A stretch of DNA of 64,000 nt, taken from IMG/VR virus record IMGVR_UViG_3300031949_001696. One strand, given 5' to 3'. Every line of letters starts with the position of its first letter. Within the stretch, counting starts at the first letter, position 1. The notes under the pieces are model-generated. The model ran no database searches. It saw nothing but the letters and a program-made list of their open reading frames with translations, and had not been told where the DNA came from. A program made the translations under genes and the position numbers. This stretch comes from a virus (Duplodnaviria > Caudoviricetes). Positions 47,001 to 55,235 of the stretch are shown in pieces.

Positions 47001-48011
47001 TCACGTCTCGAAGACGACGTCCGCGATCGGCCGCGTCTGATCCCCGTACGTGCCATCGACGGTGTTCACGCCGTAACAGCGGTACACGCACGCCGCGAGG
47101 TTTCCGACGTTTTGGTCGGTGATTTCGACGTACTGCATCGGCTGCCCAGACCAGCGACCGTTCGCGTAGCGTCCGTCTGCTGCGATCCGATACAGGCGGT
47201 TTTCCCAGACCACGAAGAGCCCTGTGTGATGCCACCACAGCCACTTGCCGTTGATCAGCGTCGACTGACCGAACACGACGAAGGTGGGCAAGGTGCCCGC
47301 ACGTGCCCGCGCGAGCAGCTCTTTGGCGTCGATTACCTTCGAGATGCCGGCGCGCTTCGTCGTGCTGCCGTCGGTCAAGATCGGCGAGCACATGTCGCCG
47401 TAGCCGCGGTATCGAAGCACCCAGCCGTCCTGCGGCACGACATGCTCGTCGGCCGATGCTTCGCACAACGTCCACAGCTCCGGGACATTGCCAGCATGTG
47501 TGTAGTCGCCGTTGCGGCGACCGAGCCAGCCGAGGACGAAGTTCGTGAACGCGGAGCAGTGGAACGACGGGAACGTCTGGCCGCCGTTCCATGCCTTCGC
47601 GCCAAGCGCTCCGGGCCCGTGGGTGACGACCCACTTGTCGCCGACGAAGAGCCCGCGTCCCGGTCCGTAGCGAACCGGTTTGCCCGTGATCGCTCCGACG
47701 ATCACGGCGATGAACCGCTGGAACGCGGCCCACGTCACGGCGTTGCACGGCACGATCGCGATCGGACTCGGCGGTGGCGGCGGGCTCGGATTCTTGATGA
47801 CGAGGGCCTGCGCGATGCGCGCCTGGGTCAGAGGGCCTGCGATCTCGTCGTCGACGAGCTCCTCGTACGCCTGCTGGAACGCGAGCACAGCAGCCGCGGT
47901 TTTCGGACCGAAGTCGCCGTCGATGTCACCGTCGTAGTAGCCGAGCGCCCTGAGCCGGATCTGGAGCTGCTCGACCTCAGCGCCCTGGCTTCCTCGCTTG
48001 AGAATGCTCAC
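47001..48011 (-). CDS. Endolysin: peptidoglycan-binding domain, Pro linker and putative Cys/His (NlpC/P60/CHAP-like) catalytic domain
   Basis: LKRGSQGAEVEQLQIRLRALGY...DGDFGPKTAAAVLAFQ...GPLT; PSPPPPPSP; FHCSAFT ... HHTGL. Confidence 0.8.
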   Translation of the reverse strand: MSILKRGSQGAEVEQLQIRLRALGYYDGDIDGDFGPKTAAAVLAFQQAYEELVDDEIAGPLTQARIAQALVIKNPSPPPPPSPIAIVPCNAVTWAAFQRFIAVIVGAITGKPVRYGPGRGLFVGDKWVVTHGPGALGAKAWNGGQTFPSFHCSAFTNFVLGWLGRRNGDYTHAGNVPELWTLCEASADEHVVPQDGWVLRYRGYGDMCSPILTDGSTTKRAGISKVIDAKELLARARAGTLPTFVVFGQSTLINGKWLWWHHTGLFVVWENRLYRIAADGRYANGRWSGQPMQYVEITDQNVGNLAACVYRCYGVNTVDGTYGDQTRPIADVVFET

Positions 48012-48238
48012 GGCACGTCGTCTTTCGAGGAGTCGAACTTGCGATCGAGGGCGTCGTCGGCTTCCTTGCGATCTGCTGCGAGCTGATCGCGCATCTTCTC
48101 GGCTTCGGCGAGCGCCTGCTTGAGCTGCGCGGTACCGGCCTCGAGCGCTTGTTTGGCCTTATCGATCGTGCTGGCGAGACCCTCGGCGGTTGCGATCAAG
48201 AGCTTGGCGACGTCGATCGCATGGTTGATGTCGATCAT
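48008..48238 (-). CDS. Small coiled-coil protein of the lysis cassette (possible spanin component)
   Basis: Helical 76-aa ORF overlapping both the lipoprotein and the endolysin genes by 4 bp. Confidence 0.45.
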   Translation of the reverse strand: MIDINHAIDVAKLLIATAEGLASTIDKAKQALEAGTAQLKQALAEAEKMRDQLAADRKEADDALDRKFDSSKDDVP

Positions 48239-48660
48239 GGCTTCGCCTCCTTGGGCGGTGACGCGGGAGTCTTGAGGTCCTTGAGGTCCTTGAGGTCCTT
48301 GAGGTCCTTGAGCAGGGAGAGCGCCTTCTTGACCGCGCTAGCTGCCTCGCCCGCACTCTTTGCGTCGGAAAGGAGTGCTGCGTCGTGGATGGCGCGGTAG
48401 GCGACGTCGATCGCCTTGGCGACGACATCGACTTTCGCGCGCCACGCGTCGAGCTGGGTGCGGCCCTCCTCCTTGGAGGTCGCCTTCTCGACGATCTGCT
48501 CTTCGCGCTCCCTGCTGACCGTGAGCAGTGTGTCGCGCGCGACGTTGAGCCCGACGAGGCTGCCGCGGAGCGCCTGGACGCGGGCGCTCGCGCCGCAGGC
48601 AGCGACGAGGCCGACGAGGCAGAGGAGCACCACGAGCCTGGCGGCGGATTGCGCGAGCAT
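48235..48660 (-). CDS. Lipoprotein (possible spanin)
   Basis: Signal peptide with lipobox LVAA-C and a helical body; first gene of the lysis cassette. Confidence 0.65.
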   Translation of the reverse strand: MLAQSAARLVVLLCLVGLVAACGASARVQALRGSLVGLNVARDTLLTVSREREEQIVEKATSKEEGRTQLDAWRAKVDVVAKAIDVAYRAIHDAALLSDAKSAGEAASAVKKALSLLKDLKDLKDLKDLKTPASPPKEAKP

Positions 48661-48669
48661 GAAAAACCC

Positions 48670-48777
48670 TACTCCGAAGCTACCCGCGGGTCCAAAAACC
48701 CGCAGTCGCGGTCGAGCTGACGCGCTTTACTCCAAAGCGGCGAGCGGGTCCAAAAACCCGCAGTCGTGGTCGAGCTG
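48670..48777. repeat. Two ~50-bp direct repeats (period 58), each with a GCGGGT-CCAAAA-ACCCGC hairpin
   Basis: TACTCC(G/A)AAGC...GCGGGTCCAAAAACCCGCAGTCG(C/T)GGTCGAGCTG at 48670-48719 and 48728-48777. Confidence 0.85.
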
Positions 48778-48834
48778 CCATCGCGAACTTGCAGATCTCA
48801 CGTGAGGACGGGTGTTGCGTTAATGTCTTAGAGC

Positions 48835-49485
48835 ATGTCTTTCGATCCGCAGACGTCCGATCTCAAGCGACTGTTCATGGATCCGCACATGTTTGATTCG
48901 GCCGAGGATTGGCATGACGCGGGCTTCAAGATCGTTCGCGACAGCGAGACCAAGATCCTCGTTGCCAGACACAAGGCGGCGGACGGTTACCTGTTCAAGA
49001 AGTACACGAACCGGATCCCGCTGAACGAGCAGCTTGCGAAGTTCAAGCGCCGCGTCGAGGGCGCGCGAAAGCTGCGATCGCTCATCGCCGAGAAACATCT
49101 CCGGCGAATCGTCGTTCCGCAGAAGTGGCTCCGCGAGCTTCCCCGCGAATTCTCGCGCGGAGGAGTACCTTCCTACGTGCTCATCGTCGAGAAGTTCCCG
49201 ATCTTGGACAAAGACGACTCCGAGTACGAGCACGAAGAGATCGACGAAGATACGCTGCGCGAGCTGTGCGTTGTCGTCTACGCGTGCACGCACCTCGACT
49301 TCACGGCCAGAAACGCTCCCTTCACGAAGCGGGGTCAGATCGCCTTCATCGACACGGAATATCTGGACTGGAACGTCACGAAGAGCTGGCAGAAGTACCT
49401 GGAGAATGTCGGCAAGTACGTGTCCAGCCGGCGCCTGGATTTTGCGAAGAGGTTGTGGAACGAGTTGGGCGGTGGCGGCGCGTGA
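48835..49485 (+). CDS. Protein-kinase-like (atypical/APH-fold) protein
   Basis: YLFKKY, IVVPQKW, LIVEK, LDFTARN (catalytic-loop-like DxxxxN), IAFIDTE (DFG-like). Confidence 0.6.
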   Translation: MSFDPQTSDLKRLFMDPHMFDSAEDWHDAGFKIVRDSETKILVARHKAADGYLFKKYTNRIPLNEQLAKFKRRVEGARKLRSLIAEKHLRRIVVPQKWLRELPREFSRGGVPSYVLIVEKFPILDKDDSEYEHEEIDEDTLRELCVVVYACTHLDFTARNAPFTKRGQIAFIDTEYLDWNVTKSWQKYLENVGKYVSSRRLDFAKRLWNELGGGGA

Positions 49486-49525
49486 TGGCCGACGACGCCA
49501 ACGATTTACGGCATCCTGCGCGCTA

Positions 49526-50023
49526 CTACCGCTTGGCTCTGCGATAACTCGCAAACCGCGCAGAAGCGTGCACTGGAGCGGCGGCGTCGCCAGGTCGAGC
49601 TGTCCAACGCCTGCGGTGGCCGTCGACGACGGCGGCGCGGATGCTGTCGGCACCCAAGATGAAGAGTGCGAGCGATCGATGATTGCCGCCGGCGATGTAG
49701 TACGTCCGGCCGGGACCTAGGATCACCCGGATGTCGTCCTTGAACTGGTACATCGCCTCGGCACCCTTGTCGACGAGCCACTTGAGCGCTTCGCGCTGAG
49801 CCGGCCAGCCCTTGTGCTTGGGCACGTCGTCGCCCACGTAGGCGGCCCTGACCTTCTTCGCCAGCTTGGCGAACGGCAAATCTCGCAGCGTCCTGAACCC
49901 GAACACGTCTCGGAAGCCGTACTTGCGGCCACGATGGATACCGATCTCAGCGTGTGCCAGGACGAGGTCGTCGAACGGTATCGTGACCAGGTCATCGGGT
50001 GCTTTCTGCTTCTTGCGTGACAT
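49526..50023 (-). CDS. ParB/Srx-like domain protein
   Basis: IRVILG...YYIAGGNHRSLALFILGADSIRAAVV. Confidence 0.55.
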   Translation of the reverse strand: MSRKKQKAPDDLVTIPFDDLVLAHAEIGIHRGRKYGFRDVFGFRTLRDLPFAKLAKKVRAAYVGDDVPKHKGWPAQREALKWLVDKGAEAMYQFKDDIRVILGPGRTYYIAGGNHRSLALFILGADSIRAAVVDGHRRRWTARPGDAAAPVHASARFASYRRAKR

Positions 50024-50095
50024 GGCTGCGAGATCGACGTGCTTATTTTGCCACTACGCGGCTACGCCGTGGTGACAGCGTGGCGAGGTCGAGAT

Positions 50096-50683
50096 CTACA
50101 TCGGGCGAACGGTCGCCGACGTCGGTTTCGCCCAGGCGAGTGCCGCCTCTTCAAGAGCGCCGAGCGCGCTGGTGCGGAGCGTCGGATCGGCGACCGCGAG
50201 CGCGCGGGCCGCGTCGAGCAGGGCGCTGAGCTCTGGATGTTGTTTCTTCGGAGAAGCACCGAGCAGCCACTTGTCGCGACGCTCGGTCCGTGGGTGAAAC
50301 TTGGAGATCATCTCGTACGCGCGCTCGATCGAGGGAGCGGCGCCGGACCATACGAGGTACCAGACAGCAGTCAAGGGGGAGCGCTCTTGCGCGTGGATGC
50401 AGTGAACGAGGACCTTCTTGCCGATCTGGAGCTTCCACCAGATCGTCTCGGCGATCAGGTCGAGCTTGTGAGGATCGGCGTGCCAGCCGTCGGGCCAATC
50501 GGCCATAAACGGCAGATCCAAGGAGCCGACGGGCTCGCGCGGCAACTCTTCCGTGCGCTTGTACCTCGACCGGTATTCGGTCACCGAGATGCAGACCCAG
50601 TCGTCCGGGACGTGATCGCCGAGCGCCTCGGCGTCCTCGCGTGTGCCGAGAAAGAGGTTCGGGAGAATCTCGCTAGCCGTCAT
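50096..50683 (-). CDS. Dual-specificity protein phosphatase
   Basis: SEILPNLFLG ... KVLVHCIHAQERS (CX5R). Confidence 0.85.
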   Translation of the reverse strand: MTASEILPNLFLGTREDAEALGDHVPDDWVCISVTEYRSRYKRTEELPREPVGSLDLPFMADWPDGWHADPHKLDLIAETIWWKLQIGKKVLVHCIHAQERSPLTAVWYLVWSGAAPSIERAYEMISKFHPRTERRDKWLLGASPKKQHPELSALLDAARALAVADPTLRTSALGALEEAALAWAKPTSATVRPM

Positions 50684-50803
50684 CGCGTCCGCCGCGCCTT
50701 ATTGTGTCACGAAGGCACACGCGGAGAGCGCGAAGGAACAACGGCTTAGATCGTCGGCGCGACAGTTTTTGGCCTTGTTCCAAGGAAACGCGTAGGTTGG
50801 CGC

Positions 50804-51988
50804 ATGACGATCATCGGTGGCCTCTGCTGTGGCGGTTGCGGCTGCGGTGATTGCGAGGGCGAGTGTGGTGAGCGGGGCAAACGTGGCAAGCGCGGTCACC
50901 GTGGTCACGATGGACTCGACGGCGCGACAGGACCGACGGGACCGACGGGACCGACGGGACCGACCGGCGCAACCGGCGTCGGTACGACCGGACCCACAGG
51001 ACCGACGGGGCCGAGCGACGGACCGACGGGCCCGACGGGTCCGACAGGTCCGACAGGTCCGACAGGAGCGACGGGTCCGACAGGTACCACGGGCGTCGGC
51101 AGCACGGGTCCGACAGGTCCGACGGGGCCGAGCGACGGACCAACGGGCCCGACGGGCGCTACTGGCTCGCCAGGAACGCCAGGCGGTCCCACGGGACCGA
51201 CGGGACCGACGGGATCGAACTCGGGAATTCTGGCAGCGCTCACGCTCACACCACCGATCACGGCAGCGCTCGCGGGCGGCGACAACAACGACTTTGCTCC
51301 GGCCGGTGGCGGAACTTCGAGCGTCTGGCGTCTGACCGGTGGTGGGATCAGCGGATCGACCATCACCGGTATGTTGACCGGCGGCGCGAACACCGATGGG
51401 CGGGTCGTCGTCGTCGAGAACGTCGGCATACTCAACATCTCGTTCACGAATCAAGACGTGAACTCGGTGGCAACGAACCGCTTTGTTTTCCCTGCGGCCG
51501 CGAGCTCGTTCGTGATTCCGAGTGGGGGCACCGCCGCGTTCATCTACGACGGGACGACGGCACGCTGGCGAATGCTGGCGATCGTTTCGCCGACACTACC
51601 CCTCACCACCATCAGCACCGCACTGGTCGTCCAAAGCTCGATCACCGCCTTTGGTGCGATCACGGGGCAGTCCACGACGGTGGCCGCGGCGGGCGCGCAG
51701 AACGACTACAACCCGGCCGGTAACTGGCCCGGGAACCAGAACCTCTTCCTCGCGGCAGGTGTCGCGCTCAGCATCACTGGTTTCGATGCGACGGGCGTCA
51801 ACGCTGGACAGGTCATCAATCTCATCAACACGAGTGCGGCGGACTCGTGCACGCTCGTGCACAACAGTGGCGCGTCACTCGCAGCGAACCGGCTCTTCTT
51901 GCCCAACAGCGTGAACTTCGTGGTGCCGCCAAACGGTGCCGTCAGCCTCGTTCGTACGTTCACGGGCGTCTGGCAAGTGATCGGCTGA
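50804..51988 (+). CDS. Collagen-like fibre protein
   Basis: Cys-rich N-terminus, long Gly-X-Y (GPT) run, then two tandem ~100-aa beta-rich domains (NDFAP...NRF...W and NDYNP...NRL...W). Confidence 0.85.
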   Translation: MTIIGGLCCGGCGCGDCEGECGERGKRGKRGHRGHDGLDGATGPTGPTGPTGPTGATGVGTTGPTGPTGPSDGPTGPTGPTGPTGPTGATGPTGTTGVGSTGPTGPTGPSDGPTGPTGATGSPGTPGGPTGPTGPTGSNSGILAALTLTPPITAALAGGDNNDFAPAGGGTSSVWRLTGGGISGSTITGMLTGGANTDGRVVVVENVGILNISFTNQDVNSVATNRFVFPAAASSFVIPSGGTAAFIYDGTTARWRMLAIVSPTLPLTTISTALVVQSSITAFGAITGQSTTVAAAGAQNDYNPAGNWPGNQNLFLAAGVALSITGFDATGVNAGQVINLINTSAADSCTLVHNSGASLAANRLFLPNSVNFVVPPNGAVSLVRTFTGVWQVIG

Positions 51989-52097
51989 TCACAGCCAATA
52001 AAATGGAGAGGCACTTTTTTGGAGCCAAAGCCGTGACGATGTCCTCCCCATTACCAGTGATATCGAGTCGTGGCTCGATATCCAGAACACGTGATCT

Positions 52098-53273
52098 ATG
52101 GCCGTAGGATTCTTCCGACGAGCCGGCGCTGAAATCTTGCGAGTCCTCGCGAGCGCGGCCGATCCCGCGTCCGCGGCCGGCGAGGTCCAGGGCTACAGCA
52201 AGTCGGTCGCGACGATCGCGCAGCTGTTCGCGCGCGCCGGCGGCGGCGTGATCTCGCAGCTGACCCCGCTGGTCACCGTGTTCGACGACTCGGTCGCCGG
52301 GACCTACTCGAACATCCGCGGCAACCAACTCGCGACGCGGTCGCCCATCGATAATACCAAGGCGCGCATCGTCAACCTGTCGTCGAAGACGGGGACGGTG
52401 AACGCTGGCGCGACCGGCGCCACGGCGAATGGCGCCACCATCGGAGGTGGCGACGACAACTCAGCGACTGGGACGAATTCCTGTGTCCCGGGCGGTCAAG
52501 GAGGCACAGCCAGCGGCTTTGGCGCGCTGGCATGCGGATCGCTATGCTTGGCTTCAGGTACCGTGGCGATTGCCGGCGGCAATCAGTGCACGGCATCTGC
52601 TGACTATGCCGTCGCACTGGGCTCACAAAATCTGTCGAGCGCACCACAAGCCTGCACCATCGGCGCGGGATGTACTTCATCGGGCGCTGGAGCCTTCGCT
52701 CTTGGCCAAGCATGCTCGGCACAGGCTGACAACGCCTTTGCAATGGGACTTAGCTGCGTTTCGAGCGCCGTCAACGCGCATTCCCGCGGTCTGCTCGCGA
52801 AAGCGTCTCGTGTTCAGGACACGTTCGCCGCAGGTGCCTTTGATGATGTGACCGCAGGCCAAGCACAGACGACCCATCTCGTCTATCGAGGCACAACGCC
52901 CGGCGCTGCGGCCACCGAGTCGGTCGTGCTGCTCTCAAGTACGGGCGGCACGCAAATCGGACCGGTACTTGAAGACAGCAAGGCCTACGCGTTCGTGATT
53001 ACCTGCGTGATTGGAGGCACCCAGGCAGGCCCGACGCAGATCTCGCAGACGATCATCATCAAATTCACAGCGCAACGGATCGCCGGTACGTCGGTGATCA
53101 CCGGCTCTGGCGTAGGAGAGCAGTTCGGCAGCGTCGGAGGCGCGACCTGGACGTTGGCACCGACCGTCGGCGCGGGACCAGATCGCCTCATCCTGACCTT
53201 TACTACCGGCCTCGTCGCGACTGCTTGCAAAGTTGTCGCGCGCATCGAGATGACTGAAGTTGCCGCGTTCTAA
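52098..53273 (+). CDS. Tail fibre/adhesin-like protein with YadA-head-like repeats
   Basis: ~14-residue repeats such as ASGFGALACG, ASGTVAIAGG, ASADYAVALG, SSGAGAFALG. Confidence 0.7.
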   Translation: MAVGFFRRAGAEILRVLASAADPASAAGEVQGYSKSVATIAQLFARAGGGVISQLTPLVTVFDDSVAGTYSNIRGNQLATRSPIDNTKARIVNLSSKTGTVNAGATGATANGATIGGGDDNSATGTNSCVPGGQGGTASGFGALACGSLCLASGTVAIAGGNQCTASADYAVALGSQNLSSAPQACTIGAGCTSSGAGAFALGQACSAQADNAFAMGLSCVSSAVNAHSRGLLAKASRVQDTFAAGAFDDVTAGQAQTTHLVYRGTTPGAAATESVVLLSSTGGTQIGPVLEDSKAYAFVITCVIGGTQAGPTQISQTIIIKFTAQRIAGTSVITGSGVGEQFGSVGGATWTLAPTVGAGPDRLILTFTTGLVATACKVVARIEMTEVAAF

Positions 53274-53282
53274 GGAGCCGAG

Positions 53283-55034
53283 ATGCCTCCCACCAGACAA
53301 ATGAAATTCGACCCGGCGTCCGGCGAGCTCGTCGCGGTGAACGCGGCTGGAGTCGCCTACGCGCTGACGCCGACTGGGGAGTCGCCTTCTACTTACGTCG
53401 CCACGACCTACATGTTCACAGGCTCAGAGGGGACCGACTTCTTCGTTGCCCTCAGCGCGGAGATGCTCAACGCGAACTACGCGCTCACGTGGGCTCCCAA
53501 GGGATGCCCGGGCGGCGTGCCGGTCATCGATCTGCCGAACGGTGCCGGCGACCGAACGATGAGCCAGTTTCGAGTACAGACCGACATCCAACAGGACGCT
53601 GGAGATCAAGTGGAGTTTGTCGCCTTCGCGCGGGCGCCAAGCATGGCGATGCGAGTGATGATCCTGAACGGTCAGTCAAACTCTGTAGGACTCTGTCAGG
53701 CGTCGGCGGTAACAAACTATCCGAGCGCGGATCTGACGTTGCCGTTTGCAGACGTGATCATGTTCGATCACGTGGCCTACAGCAACGGCGCGCCACCGGC
53801 GTACACCGATCAGGGGCCGCAGACTCTGCGACCGCGCACCAGCAATGCAGGCGGCTACCTCGCCGGGATGGGCGGCGTCGAGCTGGTGATGGCGCGTGAG
53901 TTGGTCGCGAACACTTCCAACGGGTGGCGTTTCGGTAAGAGTGCCGTCGACGGATCAACGATCGCGCAATGGAATGACCCGGCTCTTTTACGAGACCTGT
54001 TCATCACGTTCATCGCAGCGCAGATGACGGCGGCTGGCGTCACCGATTCGTCGCTTGTCACCGTTCAGTTCGATCAAGGTGAATCTAACGTCGGATCGGG
54101 CTACGCTACCTACCTCTTGGCACTCCAAGAGCTGTTCGCAGCCATTCGCGCCGCGTTCCCTGGCTGCGGAATCCTTATCAATCGCATCTCGAACCAGGTC
54201 GACACAACTGGCGACGTCCGAGCAGCGCAGGAGTCGCTCGTACGTTCGACCATTGGTGCGCTGATCGTCTACGCAGATGACTTGGCACTGCGTGACACCG
54301 CGCACTACACCGACGATTCCTATGTGACGCTTGGCGAGCGGCTCGCAGCTCGGCAAGCGTCCGCCATCGCGGGCACGCCGGCAACCAATCCTCAATACAC
54401 GGGTGCCGGGCCGATCGTCTCGGCCGATTCGGCGAGTTCGCTGACGCCGACAATGCCGCTGCATCAGGCCGGGGACTGGCTCTACGTCGTGCTGTTTGCC
54501 ATCGGCAACAACGACTACACGCTGACGACAGCCAACGGGTTCGTGGAGGCCGTAACGCCGATCCATGATGGCGGAAGCGCGCTCAATCCTCGCCTTCAGG
54601 TCTGGAAGCAGCAAGCTACGTCTGGCGCGACGTTATCTCCCGTCATTGCCGATGCTGCTAGTGACGACTTCAAGTTCGCGTTCATCATCGTGGTCCGGGG
54701 TGGCGACGCCACCGAGGCGATCGAAGATTCCGACGCTTCGACGCCGGCGACATCGACGGCGGTCTCGTTTCCGGCCGGTGCTTCTTCGGGCCCTGATCGC
54801 CTCGTGCTGAACGTCATGGCCTTCGCCAACGACGCGATCGGCCAACGGGTGACCGCGCTCGCGAATGGGGGCTTGAGCGACCTCACCCAGCACGTAAATT
54901 TTTCGACCACGGCATCTGTCGGATACAGTTGTTTTCTGTCTGCTGGCCGTGTCGGAACCGGGCCGACTGGAAACACGACGGCGCTGCTCACTGGAACCTC
55001 TCCGCAGGCGTTGTTGACGTTGGTGCTCAAGTAA
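53283..55034 (+). CDS. Virion-associated SGNH (sialate O-acetylesterase/CE6-like) protein
   Basis: ILNGQSNS, FDQGESN and DTAHY motifs, flanked by beta-rich domains; follows the fibre genes. Confidence 0.8.
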   Translation: MPPTRQMKFDPASGELVAVNAAGVAYALTPTGESPSTYVATTYMFTGSEGTDFFVALSAEMLNANYALTWAPKGCPGGVPVIDLPNGAGDRTMSQFRVQTDIQQDAGDQVEFVAFARAPSMAMRVMILNGQSNSVGLCQASAVTNYPSADLTLPFADVIMFDHVAYSNGAPPAYTDQGPQTLRPRTSNAGGYLAGMGGVELVMARELVANTSNGWRFGKSAVDGSTIAQWNDPALLRDLFITFIAAQMTAAGVTDSSLVTVQFDQGESNVGSGYATYLLALQELFAAIRAAFPGCGILINRISNQVDTTGDVRAAQESLVRSTIGALIVYADDLALRDTAHYTDDSYVTLGERLAARQASAIAGTPATNPQYTGAGPIVSADSASSLTPTMPLHQAGDWLYVVLFAIGNNDYTLTTANGFVEAVTPIHDGGSALNPRLQVWKQQATSGATLSPVIADAASDDFKFAFIIVVRGGDATEAIEDSDASTPATSTAVSFPAGASSGPDRLVLNVMAFANDAIGQRVTALANGGLSDLTQHVNFSTTASVGYSCFLSAGRVGTGPTGNTTALLTGTSPQALLTLVLK

Positions 55035-55235
55035 TTCGGCTGTCAAAATTCGACTCGGCGGCGGCGACGACGAGCCTACTTGTTTACGAACGGCACGTAG
55101 ACCACAAGGAGAGTGATCTCCATCATCAGCTCTCCAGTCCTGGAGGTAGTACGCGCTCCTCGCTCGCTTCCTGACTAGATATGGGCGCGAGTGCCGCCGA
55201 AATTGCAGAGTGCTGCGCTTATTTTTGCCTTCGGC

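Noticed and set aside
50920-51215. 9-bp periodic repeat as a non-coding array
   Set aside because: It is in-frame Gly-Pro-Thr collagen coding sequence.
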